Below are positions 42,511 through 53,472 of a DNA stretch of 64,000 nt, piece by piece. The notes under the pieces are model-generated. The model made no database searches. It was not told the DNA's origin and saw only the letters and a program-made list of their open reading frames with translations. The stretch spans positions 11,638 through 75,637 of the forward strand of contig JAOAHJ010000026.1 in the NCBI GenBank assembly GCA_026415295.1. Direction: 5' to 3'. This DNA is from Spirochaetota bacterium (GTDB lineage: Bacteria; Spirochaetota; JAAYUW01; JAOAHJ01). Made by a program: the position numbers and the translations under genes. Within the stretch, counting starts at the first letter, position 1. Each line of letters begins with the position of its first letter.

Positions 42511-43677
42511 TTATTTAAAAAATTCTTCAATTTTTCCACAAACATAATCAATTTCTTCATCAAGCATTTCAGGAAAAATAGGTAAAGCTAATATTTCATT
42601 GGATATCTTTTCAGAAATAGGAAAATCTCCTTTTTTATAACCGAGATATTCAAAACATTTTTGTAAGTGTAATGGTAGAGGATAATATATAGAGGTCCCG
42701 ATACCATTCTTTTCAAGATAATTCTTAAGTTGATCTCTTTTTTCTGTTCTTATATTAAAAACATAATAAACATTTCTACCTTTATTTTTATCAACTTTAA
42801 AAAGCTTAACATCTTTAACTTTAGACAATCTATCTTCATAAATTTTTGCTATATTTTCTCTTTTTCTTATAGACTCCTCTATGTATTCAAGTTTAACTCT
42901 TAAAATTGCTGCTTGTAAAGTATCAAGTCTTGAATTATAACCAATATAGTCATGATAATACTTTTTCTTAGTACCATGGACTCTATAAGCTTTTGCAAGA
43001 TCAGCTAAATCACTATTATTTGTAACTATCATACCTCCATCACCATAACAACCAAGTGTTTTAGTAGGGAAAAAAGAGTATATACCAAAATCTCCAATTG
43101 TACCTGAATGAACCTCTTTTCCTTCAAAATTAACTTTTATTCCAAAAGACTCTGCTCCATCTTCAAGAACTTTTAAATTATAATTTCTTGCAATTTTCAT
43201 TAATTTATCCATATCACATGTTTGGTTAAAAAGATGAACTGGTAAAATTCCTCTAATATTTTTTAATTCTATAATTTTCCCATTATGTATAAAATTTCCT
43301 GCTTTTATTTTTTCTAAAATCTCCTCTATTTTTTCTACATCAATCTGACATGTATCTTCATCAATATCTACAAATATTGGTGTTGAGCCATTTCTAGCTA
43401 AACAGGAAACAGATGCAAAAAAAGTAAAAGGAGTTGTTATAACATAAGTTCCTTCTTTAAAACCAAGAATATCAGAGCATATAACAAGAGCATCTGTCCC
43501 TGATGCACAAGCTATGGCATATTTTGCACCTGTATATTTACATATATCTTCTTCAAATAGCTTTACCTCTTCTCCTAAAATAAAATCACCTCTTTTTATA
43601 ACTTTTTGAATAGCATGATCGAATTTTTCTTTATTTTGTATATATTCCCTTGTAGGTGTATAAAATGGAACTTGCAT
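42511..43677 (-). CDS. wbpE: WbpE-like DegT aminotransferase
   Basis: FILGEEV, ASGTDAL, SFFPTKTLGCYGDGG, NSRLDTLQAAIL, YYPLPLHLQ. Adjacent to wbpA. Confidence 0.85.
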   Translation of the reverse strand: MQVPFYTPTREYIQNKEKFDHAIQKVIKRGDFILGEEVKLFEEDICKYTGAKYAIACASGTDALVICSDILGFKEGTYVITTPFTFFASVSCLARNGSTPIFVDIDEDTCQIDVEKIEEILEKIKAGNFIHNGKIIELKNIRGILPVHLFNQTCDMDKLMKIARNYNLKVLEDGAESFGIKVNFEGKEVHSGTIGDFGIYSFFPTKTLGCYGDGGMIVTNNSDLADLAKAYRVHGTKKKYYHDYIGYNSRLDTLQAAILRVKLEYIEESIRKRENIAKIYEDRLSKVKDVKLFKVDKNKGRNVYYVFNIRTEKRDQLKNYLEKNGIGTSIYYPLPLHLQKCFEYLGYKKGDFPISEKISNEILALPIFPEMLDEEIDYVCGKIEEFFK

Positions 43678-43821
43678 ACTCTTATCCTTTATATATAAAG
43701 TTATTTATTATCTTTATATATTATTTATTTAATCTATTAATTTATTAATTGTTATTATATTATTGTTTATTATATTATTTGTAATTTATATTTTAACTAA
43801 CTCTATTTAATAAAATCCAAA

Positions 43822-43838
43822 TGTTCAATTTTTGAACA
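43822..43838. promoter_or_regulatory. Palindromic operator TGTTCA-N5-TGAACA, copy 1, in the wbpE promoter
   Basis: TGTTCAATTTTTGAACA. On the minus strand it abuts TTGATT (43865-43860)-N16-TAAATT (43843-43838). Confidence 0.7.
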
Positions 43839-43877
43839 ATTTAATATTTTAAAAAAATTAATCAATAAAAAATTTTT

Positions 43878-44501
43878 CTAATCAATATTTTTTAAAATAG
43901 CATCATCATTTATAAAATCAATAATATTAGTTAAATTACTATTAATATATTCATTATCATAAGAATATTTTAAACTTTCTAAAACTTTTTTTAACTCTTC
44001 TTCACTTAAATTCTCAGAAAACATATAAAAAGAACATTTTGCTTCTTCAAAAAAATATTTATCCTCTATTAAACTTTCTATATCCTTATAATTTATATTT
44101 TTATATATCAATCCAAGCTTAATACAACAATATTCTACTATAAAATCAAGCTGACTTTTACCAAATAGAAAAACATTTCTAATACCTTTATCTCTTTTTT
44201 CTTTTAGCATCCTCATTATTGCATCTTTATATATATAAGCATTTTTAGCTATTGATTTAAAGTATGTAAGACTTCTTTTATAAATAGCATTGAGCCCTTC
44301 TTTTGTTAAGATATAGCTATATGTTTTTTTATTTATTTTACTTATTTTTATTAAACCTGTATTAACTGCTTTTTTTAATATTAGATTTAACATTCCAAGA
44401 GATATATTTAAAGCTTTAGCGATCTCTCTCTGAGTAAAAGGTTCATTTCTTTTATTTTTTTCTAAAATATAAGATAAAAAATTATATTCATGATTGTTCA
44501 T
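43878..44501 (-). CDS. EPS-associated MarR-type winged-helix regulator
   Basis: TQREIAKALNISLGMLN...YILTKEG wHTH plus a C-terminal alpha/beta domain (VFLFG). Heads the glycan operon. Confidence 0.85.
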   Translation of the reverse strand: MNNHEYNFLSYILEKNKRNEPFTQREIAKALNISLGMLNLILKKAVNTGLIKISKINKKTYSYILTKEGLNAIYKRSLTYFKSIAKNAYIYKDAIMRMLKEKRDKGIRNVFLFGKSQLDFIVEYCCIKLGLIYKNINYKDIESLIEDKYFFEEAKCSFYMFSENLSEEELKKVLESLKYSYDNEYINSNLTNIIDFINDDAILKNID

Positions 44502-44511
44502 TTTTTGAACA
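44495..44511. promoter_or_regulatory. Palindromic operator TGTTCA-N5-TGAACA, copy 2, over the regulator's start codon
   Basis: ATTGTTCATTTTTTGAACAAT (44493-44513). It overlaps the ATG at 44501 and a -10 TATTGT (44514-44509). A -35 TTTACA lies at 44536-44531. Confidence 0.7.
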
Positions 44512-44570
44512 ATAATAAATAAAAAAAAATTGTAAAGGAAATTTTTTATTAAGAATTATTAAATAAAAAA

Positions 44571-44774
44571 TTATGAAAAAATATTTAAAAAAACATCCAA
44601 AATTTTTTCTGCTGTTTTTCCATCGCCATAAAGAAGTTCTTTTCTTCCATAAATGGGCATTTTTTCAAGAATTTCAAGTATTCTATTTTTATCTGCACCA
44701 ACAATAAAGTTCCAACCAGAATCAACAAGTTCAACCCATTCAGTTGAATCTCTTAAAGTAATACAAGAGTTATT
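44571..44774 (-). pseudogene. wbpI: 3' remnant of a WbpI/WecB-type non-hydrolysing UDP-HexNAc 2-epimerase
   Basis: Hand translation: NNSCITLRDSTEWVELVDSGWNFIVGADKNRILEILEKMPIYGRKELLYGDGKTAEKILDVFLNIFS*. This has the CITLR..TEW.E.V..GWN and YGDG motifs, with no start codon or N-terminal part. Confidence 0.85.
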
Positions 44775-46637
44775 TTATTCGATTAATTTTTCACCTAAAA
44801 CATTTTCTACTTTAAATTTTTTAGCTACCTCTGAAAGCTTAATTGATTCCTCTTCCAGAATTTTTGCTATATTTGTAACTTTTTCTGAAGCATTAACTAT
44901 ATTTAATACACCTTTATTTATATCATCGATTGATGTCATTATTTCTCTCGAGCCTTGAGTTTGTTCAGACATCTGCTTTGCTATATCATTTATAAGTCTA
45001 CTTGTTTGAATAACTTGTTGAATAATTTTTTGTATTGTATTTTTTGATTTATCTATAAGATCAATAGCATCATTAACAGATTTAACATTTTCTTTAATTC
45101 TCTTTCCTATCTCTTCTGCTGTATTGCTTGACTGTTCAGCTAAAGCTCTAATTTCTGCAGCAACAACTGAAAAACCTTTGCCTGCCTCTCCAGCTCTTGC
45201 AGCCTCTATTGAAGCATTTAATGAAAGAAGGTTAGTTTGTTCTGTTAAATCATTTATCAAATTTAGTGAGGATTTTATCTTATTTGAATGATCTTCTATT
45301 ATTCTCATTTTTTCAACAATTTCATTTAAAAATTTCTGACCCTGATCTGCGTATTGAGATCCCTCTGCAATCATTCTATTTGTTTCTTCAACATTTTCAT
45401 TTAATTGATTTATTGCACTTAAAGACTCTTCTAATATTGCAGATATTTCTTCAACTGAGGTTGCTTCAGAGTTTGAAAAATCAGCAAGAACTCCTGTTAT
45501 CTTTCTATTATCTTCAATTATTTCCTTTAACTTATCTGAAAATTTGATAATTTCTCCAATAACTTCCTCAAAATTAGCAATCAAGTTATTAAAAGAATTA
45601 AGTAAATCATCCAGTTCTGCTGAATTTATCTTCTGTATCTTAAATCTTTTAAGAATTCCTGTATCTGAAACTTCCCTCATATGTCTTGAAAGCCTGTTAA
45701 ATGGACTAAGCAATCTATTTGATGTAATAACAGCAATTATTATAAAAATAACAAGAAATACTGCAGAAAAAAGTAAAAATATTTTAAAAACATTATTAAA
45801 TAATTCTTCAACAGTAGATAGGTGAAGTAAGGAAACAATTTTTATCTTTAAAAAATCTGAAGGAACAACTTTTATATAAAAAGTTTCTTTTTTATTTATT
45901 TTATCTCCTTCTTTAGTAGTATATTCTACTAAAAAGTTTGTTATCCTCGTTTTTTGGAAAAAATCTACAGGGGGAATATCATAGTAAGATTTGAAAATAT
46001 TGTAAGTTGCAAATAATATAGTTCCATCAGCCTTAAAAACTATAAGGTCAGAAGTAGTAGCTTTTATTTGCCTTTTCAACATAGAAACAAAAGCTGTCAT
46101 ATTGACATCAAAAGCTAGTATTCCTTCGAATAATCCATCATTGTTAAATATTGGTGTAGCTATAGTAACAGTAAGACTTCCTGTAACAGGATCATTGTAA
46201 AAATCAGTTACCAAAGTATCATTTTTATTTCTTACATCCTCATACCATCCTTTAAACCTTTTATCAAGCTCTTTAACATAAATAGTCTCATCATCAGCAA
46301 AATAAAGCATATTATCATCATACCATGCATATGCTGCTGATATATCTGTAAAACCTTTTGCATAATTAAAAAGAAGTTTCAAAATTTCAGATTGATTTCT
46401 TGTTTTAAAAATTTGCATCTCTCTTAATATCTCAACTTCTTTAGAAAACTTAAAAAAGATATCTTCAGTTAATCTTAAAGTATAATTTATAGATTGAACA
46501 ATATTTTCTTCTATATTGTTTATAAAAAAGTTTCTACCAAATGTTAAAAACAATATATTAAATAAAATTGGCATCAAAAGAATAAAAGAAAATGTTAGGA
46601 TAAATATTTTTGATTTAATTGACTTAAATATTTTCAT
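44775..46637 (-). CDS. Methyl-accepting chemotaxis protein, dCache-type sensor
   Basis: Two TMs, WY...YNDPVTG dCache motif, HAMP, QTNLLSLNASIEAARAGEAGKGFSVVAAEIRALAE. Confidence 0.95.
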   Translation of the reverse strand: MKIFKSIKSKIFILTFSFILLMPILFNILFLTFGRNFFINNIEENIVQSINYTLRLTEDIFFKFSKEVEILREMQIFKTRNQSEILKLLFNYAKGFTDISAAYAWYDDNMLYFADDETIYVKELDKRFKGWYEDVRNKNDTLVTDFYNDPVTGSLTVTIATPIFNNDGLFEGILAFDVNMTAFVSMLKRQIKATTSDLIVFKADGTILFATYNIFKSYYDIPPVDFFQKTRITNFLVEYTTKEGDKINKKETFYIKVVPSDFLKIKIVSLLHLSTVEELFNNVFKIFLLFSAVFLVIFIIIAVITSNRLLSPFNRLSRHMREVSDTGILKRFKIQKINSAELDDLLNSFNNLIANFEEVIGEIIKFSDKLKEIIEDNRKITGVLADFSNSEATSVEEISAILEESLSAINQLNENVEETNRMIAEGSQYADQGQKFLNEIVEKMRIIEDHSNKIKSSLNLINDLTEQTNLLSLNASIEAARAGEAGKGFSVVAAEIRALAEQSSNTAEEIGKRIKENVKSVNDAIDLIDKSKNTIQKIIQQVIQTSRLINDIAKQMSEQTQGSREIMTSIDDINKGVLNIVNASEKVTNIAKILEEESIKLSEVAKKFKVENVLGEKLIE

Positions 46638-46944
46638 ATTAATACTCTTTTATTTATATTATTAATTATTAATTTTTTGATTGATAATCACTATTAATTT
46701 TCGACTTTGTAAAATTTTTAATAGTATTTTAAAAAAATTAAATATTAAAAAACATTTTACAAAATTTAAAAATAAATTTAAAACTAATAAAGTTGATTTA
46801 AACATTGAAATTAAAAGGAGAAAATATATGAAAAAATAAGTTTTCACTTCTTTATGTAGATTTTATAAAAAAAAATTAAAAAATCAAAATATTTTTGAAA
46901 ATTTTATTATTTTTAAACCATATATTTTATAATCTTTTTTACTT

Positions 46945-48483
46945 TTAATCTATTTTAAAATTTTTTATACTTTCATCTATCTTCTTAGATGTGCTCAAAA
47001 TATCTTTAGCAATCCTTCCCAGGATTTCACTACTTTCAAGAAATTTTTGTGTAGTTTGATTTATATCTTCAACTGCTTTTGATAACTCTTCGTTTACATT
47101 TGCTTGCTCAGAAATAGATTCTTTAATCTCTTTTAAAACATTTGATGAAGAAACATTCAACTCAAGAATACTTTTAAGCTTTTCTTTTGAACTTTTAATA
47201 GATTCAAGCGATTCTTCCACAATTTTTTCATTTTCTTTAATAATTTTTTCAATTTCAGAGACTGTATTTTCTGCTTTTTCAGCTAAATTTCTTATTTCTT
47301 GAGCAACAACAGCAAAACCTATTCCTACTTCCCCAGCTTTTGAAGCTTCAATTGAAGCATTTAAAGCTAAAATATGTGTTTCATCAGTTATCTCATAAAT
47401 AAGCTCAATAGATTTCCTTATTTTTTTTGAATAATCAAAAATTTTAGATATAGAATCCACAATACTATCAATATATTTTGTAGCATCAATAGCTTTTTTA
47501 CTTCCTTCGATTATCTTTTCAGAACTTTCTTTTGCATTTTCTGAAATCATCTTAATAGAAGAAGTAGCTTCTTCAATTGCTGAAGATATTTCTTCAAGAG
47601 ATGAAGCTTGAGAATTAATGGATTCTAAAAAATTGCTCATTAAAGAATTATTTTTATAAGAAATATTATTTAATCTTTCTGTAATATTTTTAAGGCCATT
47701 TATAATATTTATAAGATTATCAACCATTATATTTACAGAATTTGATAGTTTACCTATTTCGTCTTTTTTAATTTTTATGTTTATTTTTCTAAGATTACCG
47801 TCCGCAATAATTTTTGTATGATCTGATATCTTATTAATAGGAGCAATAATCTTTTTTTCTACATATATTATTAAAATTATATCCATAATAAAAACAAAGA
47901 TAATAACTGCAAGAAGTCTCCAGTACATCTTAGAAAGAATTTTTACATAAAAGCTTACATCATAGTCAACACCAATAATAGCATAAACTTCGCCCTGATC
48001 ATTTAATAAAGGTTCAAAATAGGAAACAAAAGTTCCATATTCATCGGTATAAGGTTTTCTGGTAAATGTAGCTTGTTTTGTTTTGTAAGCTTCAACTAGT
48101 TCTTTAGGTGGATAATCATATACTGAAAGGTAATCTTTTTTAAATAATTCATAATCAAATTCATTTGACATTAAAAAAATAAAATTATCATCTTTTGGCT
48201 CCATAATATAAAGGTAAATAAAACCAAATATTTTAGCTATTCTATTAGTTTGATCAACAATTTTTTTATATTCCTCCCAATTATTGGCAAGCTCTTTTAT
48301 TTTATTTACATCTGTATATTCAGGAATTAGTTTTGCTATTTCTATACCTTTTTTCATTGTTTCTTTAAAATCTTTAAATATTAACTCATATAATATAAAA
48401 TTTCTAATTAACGAAAATGTAAAAATTACAATAAATAAAGCAAAAATAAAAATAATTAAAGCAACTCTAAATCTAATAGACAT
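46945..48483 (-). CDS. Methyl-accepting chemotaxis protein
   Basis: Two TMs, PYTDEYGTF sensor, HAMP (DEIGKL), [35 protein letters not shown]. Confidence 0.95.
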   Translation of the reverse strand: MSIRFRVALIIFIFALFIVIFTFSLIRNFILYELIFKDFKETMKKGIEIAKLIPEYTDVNKIKELANNWEEYKKIVDQTNRIAKIFGFIYLYIMEPKDDNFIFLMSNEFDYELFKKDYLSVYDYPPKELVEAYKTKQATFTRKPYTDEYGTFVSYFEPLLNDQGEVYAIIGVDYDVSFYVKILSKMYWRLLAVIIFVFIMDIILIIYVEKKIIAPINKISDHTKIIADGNLRKINIKIKKDEIGKLSNSVNIMVDNLINIINGLKNITERLNNISYKNNSLMSNFLESINSQASSLEEISSAIEEATSSIKMISENAKESSEKIIEGSKKAIDATKYIDSIVDSISKIFDYSKKIRKSIELIYEITDETHILALNASIEASKAGEVGIGFAVVAQEIRNLAEKAENTVSEIEKIIKENEKIVEESLESIKSSKEKLKSILELNVSSSNVLKEIKESISEQANVNEELSKAVEDINQTTQKFLESSEILGRIAKDILSTSKKIDESIKNFKID

Positions 48484-48653
48484 TTTTCCTCCACTTTTTT
48501 TTAAAAAATTTTTATATAAAATGAAATATTTGTCAATATTTTTTGATTAAAAAAAAAATTTTATTAAAAAAAGAGAAAATTTTAACTAATTTAATTCTAA
48601 AAAATTTAGAGTAAATTAGAATAAAATTATTAGAATAAAATTAAAAGTTCATA

Positions 48654-50201
48654 TTAAAATTCATACTGAAATTTTTTGATATTTTCATTTATTTCTTCTG
48701 AAATATTACTTATCTGATATGAGAGTATCTCTATCTCTTTACTATTTTTCAGATAATTTTGTGCAATTTCATTTATTTCTTCAATAGCTTTTGTTATATT
48801 TTCTGCACTGTTTACATTCTCAGAAATATTATTCTTTATATTATCAAGAATTTTTGAAGAAATAAGATTTATTTCAATTATATTATTAAGTTTATTTTTT
48901 GAATCATTAACAAGGTTTAAAGCTTCATTTATAATTTTATCATTTTCTTTAATAGAATTTTCTATTTCTACAAGCATTTGAGATGCTTTATCTGAAAGGT
49001 TTTTTATTTCTGTTGCAACAACAGCAAAACCTACACCCATTTTACCAGCTTTAGTTGCTTCTATTGCTGCATTTAAAGCTAATAGATTAGTTTCATCTGT
49101 TATATCATATATTATTTTTAAAGTTTTCTTAAGGTTTTTAGAAGATAAATAAATATTATTCATTGCATTAATCATTCTGTCAATATAATTCTTAGCATCA
49201 AAAGCTTTCTTATTCCCTTCATGAATAATAATTGTATTTTCTGTAACATATTGCTCAATTTCCTTTATATTTTTTGTTGCTTTCCTTATTGAAGAAGAAA
49301 TTTTCTCAATTGATAATGCTTGATAATTAAAAGAATCAATAAAATCTTCTACTACATCATTATTTTTATTAGATATATACTTAAGTTTTTGTGTGGTATT
49401 ATTAAGGTGCTCTATAATAATTTTAAAATTATCAACCATTATATTAATATTTTTAATTAATACATTTATTTCATTGTTTTCATTATTGTCCTTATGATAA
49501 AATTTTTGGAGAAATCCTTTAGAAATATGTCCTGTATGCTGAGAAACTTTTTTTAAAGGAAAAACAATTTTTCTTTGTATAAAGAAAGTAAAAATATAAA
49601 TAACTGTTAAAACAAAAAATACTATAAAACCAGCATAAAAGTAAAATCTTCTATAAAAATTATTAACAAAATCGATATCATAATAAAAACCAACAATAGC
49701 TTGAACTTTATCAAGTTTTGTAATTGGACAAAATAAAGCAACAAATTCTCCAAATTGATCCTTATAAGGTTTACTTAAAAATACTTCTCTCTTTTCATAA
49801 TAAGCTTTCTCCATTTCTGGTGGAGCATCATAATATATCCAAAAAAAATTTGATTTATTTATACTTGAGTTTCTATCATTTGAAATCAAAAAAACAAAAC
49901 CTTGATCTGATGGTTTAAAGATATATATATATCTAAAATTGAATATTGAGCAAATTTCATCAAGAAAATTTAATATTTTATAATAATAAGATGACTCTCT
50001 ATTAAAATTTAAAAGTTCATTTATCAATTCTGGATTTTCTTTAATATAAAATAAAAAATTTTTAGAACCTTTTATAAGATTATCATTTATCAAGCTACTT
50101 ATTAATTCTCTAGTTAAAAATAGAAAGGTAAAAACAAATAAAATTATTATCGTAATAGATATAAAAAAAATTATAAGTGTTATTTTTCTCTTTAGTGACA
50201 T
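48654..50201 (-). CDS. Methyl-accepting chemotaxis protein (paralogue of 46945-48483)
   Basis: PYKDQFGEF sensor, TNLLALNAAIEATKAG..GVGFAVVATEIK. Likely start is ATG 50201 with SD AGGAG at 50207-50211. Confidence 0.92.
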   Translation of the reverse strand: MSLKRKITLIIFFISITIIILFVFTFLFLTRELISSLINDNLIKGSKNFLFYIKENPELINELLNFNRESSYYYKILNFLDEICSIFNFRYIYIFKPSDQGFVFLISNDRNSSINKSNFFWIYYDAPPEMEKAYYEKREVFLSKPYKDQFGEFVALFCPITKLDKVQAIVGFYYDIDFVNNFYRRFYFYAGFIVFFVLTVIYIFTFFIQRKIVFPLKKVSQHTGHISKGFLQKFYHKDNNENNEINVLIKNINIMVDNFKIIIEHLNNTTQKLKYISNKNNDVVEDFIDSFNYQALSIEKISSSIRKATKNIKEIEQYVTENTIIIHEGNKKAFDAKNYIDRMINAMNNIYLSSKNLKKTLKIIYDITDETNLLALNAAIEATKAGKMGVGFAVVATEIKNLSDKASQMLVEIENSIKENDKIINEALNLVNDSKNKLNNIIEINLISSKILDNIKNNISENVNSAENITKAIEEINEIAQNYLKNSKEIEILSYQISNISEEINENIKKFQYEF

Positions 50202-50305
50202 AAAATCTCCTATAAAGGAAGAAATCTCCCTATATAAGAGAAACAAGAAAATGTTTTAATTTTATTTTTTAATAATTTTTTTTTTATTAATTTTTTTAAA
50301 AAATT

Positions 50306-50938
50306 TTAATACTTTTCAACTAACCCATCTGAATATTCTTCATAAATTTTATTGCATTGAGAGCAAAAATAAACATTATTTTCTCTTTTTTGCAATGTTA
50401 CTCCACATTTACAAACCCATCCTATTTGTTTTGCAGGAACTCCAACCATTAGTGCAAAAGAAGGAACATCCTTTACAACTACTGCTCCAGCACCAATAAA
50501 AGCATAATCACCTATTGTCACCCCACATACAATTGTTGCATTAGCTCCAATAGAAGCTCCTTTTTTAACAAGAGTTTTCCTATATTCATGTTTTCTTTCT
50601 ATGAAAGCCCTTGGATTTATAACATTTGTAAAAACCATCGAAGGACCACAAAAAACATCATCTTCAAGAACAACATCATCATAAACTGAAACATTATTTT
50701 GTATTTTAACGCCATTTCCTATAATAGCTTTTGAACCAATATTAACGTTCTGACCAATTGAACAATTCTTCCCTATTCTCGCACCACTCATTATATGAGA
50801 AAAATGCCACACTCTTGTTCCCGTACCTATATAAGAACCAGCATCAATATAAGAACTTTCATGAACTTTATATTCTCCTAAACCATCATCCGATTTAAAT
50901 ATTTTAAGTTCACCTTCTTTTCTTAAAAACTCTCCCAT
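50306..50938 (-). CDS. wbpD: WbpD-type N-acetyltransferase
   Basis: [42 protein letters not shown]...CSQC. Confidence 0.92.
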   Translation of the reverse strand: MGEFLRKEGELKIFKSDDGLGEYKVHESSYIDAGSYIGTGTRVWHFSHIMSGARIGKNCSIGQNVNIGSKAIIGNGVKIQNNVSVYDDVVLEDDVFCGPSMVFTNVINPRAFIERKHEYRKTLVKKGASIGANATIVCGVTIGDYAFIGAGAVVVKDVPSFALMVGVPAKQIGWVCKCGVTLQKRENNVYFCSQCNKIYEEYSDGLVEKY

Positions 50939-50961
50939 AAAATCTCCTTTTATTATCTCTA

Positions 50962-53451
50962 TTAAAAACTAATAAATTTTATTTCTTTGAGACTTCCTGC
51001 TTCTATAATCCTCTTTTTAATATATATTTTGAGATAGTTTGCTTTCGTTGAATTTCTATCTATAAATACCTCACAATTTCCTGAAATATTTAACTCCCCA
51101 CTTTCATATAAGTATGTTGCAAAATCTCCTTTTGCAAAAACACCTCTTTTTTTATCTATATCGCTTTGTTCAAAAATAAAAGACACTTTATTTTTAAATA
51201 AAAATGTCTTACTTTCCCATAAAACTTCCATAACCTCTGATTTAACAATAAACTTATCTTTTATATTAATAAAAAAAGGATAACCAATAATAGATGCAAA
51301 ATTTTCTTTATTAACTATTTTAGCACTTTCACCTCTTTGTATTAATTCTATTTTATCACTTTGAAGATAATCATTTTCATTGCTCCATTTTATCAAAAGG
51401 ACTTTCTCATCAAGTTGATAAGTATCCTCCTCTTTTCCTTCATAAATTAAGTTATTACAATAAATATAAAGTAAATTTACAAAATCAAAAACTTTAACAT
51501 TTTTTTCTATTTGAAAGCTACCTATTTTATTATTAATTTTGGCTTTATCACCTTTAATTATTCTTGAAGCAAAAAAAATAGATAAATCTTTCCTGATTTC
51601 TTTTGAAATTTTATCTTTATCTATTTCAAACCTAGATATTTTTTGAATATTTTCATATATAATTTTATTTGATGCAGGATAAGTAAAAAAATATAAATTT
51701 TCTTTATTTTTTTCAATCAATTCTATTTCATTTTTTTCATTTTCAATCAAAAGATTTTTAAAGTTAAGAAGGTTATCTGTATCAACTTTGAAAATATCAT
51801 AAAATTCTGGTTCATATTTATACTCGCAAATTAAAACATCTTTATTTGAATAAGCTTCTTCTTTAATAAAATCATAGTAAAAATCATCACCAATTATTAT
51901 ATAATTTTTTAAATAATTTTTTACAATACACATTTCTCTTATAGAAAAATATTGATCCGAATAAAAATCTCCTTCTTTTGAAGAAAAAAATATATAATTT
52001 TTTATTTCCTCTTTTTCTCTTAAATTTTTAAAATTTCTAAGTTTAAAATCTTTATCAAAAAAAATTGAAAAGTTTAAATAATAATAATTTTTCTCATTAT
52101 TATATAAATAATTAATTTTAGAAAAATCGATTTTACTTTTCTCTTTATCAACTTCAATTACATAATTAAAAGCATTATTATAAGAAAATCTGTAGTATGT
52201 TGCTTTTATATCACTTTTCTTATTAGACTCGTTTTTTTTATCCCTAATAGCTAGATTCCTATTTACAAATTCATATTCAAGGTATGATCCATCTGAATAA
52301 AATAGAGTATTTTCAGATAATCTAGTTAAATTTCCCTTATTTATCTTTAATATGTAATTTTGTCCATAATCTTTATATGTAAAAACACCATTATTTCCAT
52401 AAAAGTGGATTCTATCATCTTTGCTCTCATAAATAACAGTAGCTGAATTATAAATATAATCTAATGTTTTTATTTCAATGTTAGAATTAATAATACTTGA
52501 ATTTTCTAAACTATTTTCATTTTGTTCTTTATTTACATCTTTTTCAGGTAATTCAATTTTGAATTTATGAGATCTTCCTGCTCCTCTAAAAGATAACTTT
52601 TTATTATAGTCAAAAATTAAATAATCTCCACTTTCAATTTCAATATATGTATTTAAATTTTCCCTTTTTATAGATACAAATTCTCCCCTAAAATCTATTC
52701 TATTATTTTTGTTAGATATTTCACCTTTTACATTATTCTTAAATGAAACTTTCAAATTATTATTATCTAAAATAATAAAATCAGATTGGACAAAAATGTT
52801 TTCATCATTCTGGTTAACTCTATCATTAATACTTTTTATTTTAGAATCATAAAAACAGTTAATTATTTTTTTTTCTAGATCAATCAACATTATATCTGAT
52901 AAAATTTCAATGTTATTATTATAGTCAACTATTTTAGCATTTTTACTTATGGAAACATTTTTCACTTGTTCAAGAGAATTTAATTTTATAAGATCACCTG
53001 AAATAGTTTGTATTATTTTCCCACTATTATATACATTTATTAACCCAGTTTTTACGAGAACATACTTCCTATTATTTAATTTGTTATAAACAGAATAAGC
53101 TTTTTCTCCTGATACAGAAACATCAAGAATAAATTCTCCTTGATTTTCAATAAATCTTTCAATAAAAAATTTATTAATATATAACTCTTTTTTCAATAAA
53201 AAAGTTTGATTAAACTCATTTTCTATCTGATCAATAAATGATAAATTTTTAATTATCTCATCATCTACTTTATAAATTTCTTGATTAATTGAACTATTTA
53301 CTTCACTCTTTCTATTTTTATTTACTATAATTAAAAACAAAACAACAAAAAGAAAAAATATTAAAATTAAAAAAATTAAAAAGGGTCTTTTGATAAATTT
53401 TAATTTTCTTAATTTTAATAAACTATTAAATATATTATTTAAATTGTACAT
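50962..53451 (-). CDS. Large LptA/OstA-like beta-jellyroll protein with N-terminal membrane anchor
   Basis: N-terminal TM, recurring F/L-x-x-N-V strands, and a C-terminal AKGDFATY....LNISGNCEV....STKANYLKI segment resembling the LptA end. Confidence 0.55.
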   Translation of the reverse strand: MYNLNNIFNSLLKLRKLKFIKRPFLIFLILIFFLFVVLFLIIVNKNRKSEVNSSINQEIYKVDDEIIKNLSFIDQIENEFNQTFLLKKELYINKFFIERFIENQGEFILDVSVSGEKAYSVYNKLNNRKYVLVKTGLINVYNSGKIIQTISGDLIKLNSLEQVKNVSISKNAKIVDYNNNIEILSDIMLIDLEKKIINCFYDSKIKSINDRVNQNDENIFVQSDFIILDNNNLKVSFKNNVKGEISNKNNRIDFRGEFVSIKRENLNTYIEIESGDYLIFDYNKKLSFRGAGRSHKFKIELPEKDVNKEQNENSLENSSIINSNIEIKTLDYIYNSATVIYESKDDRIHFYGNNGVFTYKDYGQNYILKINKGNLTRLSENTLFYSDGSYLEYEFVNRNLAIRDKKNESNKKSDIKATYYRFSYNNAFNYVIEVDKEKSKIDFSKINYLYNNEKNYYYLNFSIFFDKDFKLRNFKNLREKEEIKNYIFFSSKEGDFYSDQYFSIREMCIVKNYLKNYIIIGDDFYYDFIKEEAYSNKDVLICEYKYEPEFYDIFKVDTDNLLNFKNLLIENEKNEIELIEKNKENLYFFTYPASNKIIYENIQKISRFEIDKDKISKEIRKDLSIFFASRIIKGDKAKINNKIGSFQIEKNVKVFDFVNLLYIYCNNLIYEGKEEDTYQLDEKVLLIKWSNENDYLQSDKIELIQRGESAKIVNKENFASIIGYPFFINIKDKFIVKSEVMEVLWESKTFLFKNKVSFIFEQSDIDKKRGVFAKGDFATYLYESGELNISGNCEVFIDRNSTKANYLKIYIKKRIIEAGSLKEIKFISF

Positions 53452-53472
53452 TAATTAAATTAATAACACAAA

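Noticed and set aside
43700..43800. TTATTATATTATTG-like repeats in the wbpE leader (also TTAGAATAAAATT near 48616-48642) as CRISPR or structured repeats
   Set aside because: Short, degenerate slippage repeats with no spacers and no cas genes.
44775..44777. Programmed stop-codon readthrough giving an MCP-epimerase fusion
   Set aside because: An in-frame junction arises by chance one time in three, TAA is a strong stop, and the fragment is too small to be a functional domain.
44653..44958. Plus-strand 101-aa ORF in the track
   Set aside because: It is the antisense shadow of the MCP end and the wbpI remnant, which carry the real motifs.
46662..46847. 61-aa hydrophobic ORF between MCP genes
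   Set aside because: F/L/I/K/N composition is what AT-rich spacer DNA produces. No clear SD.
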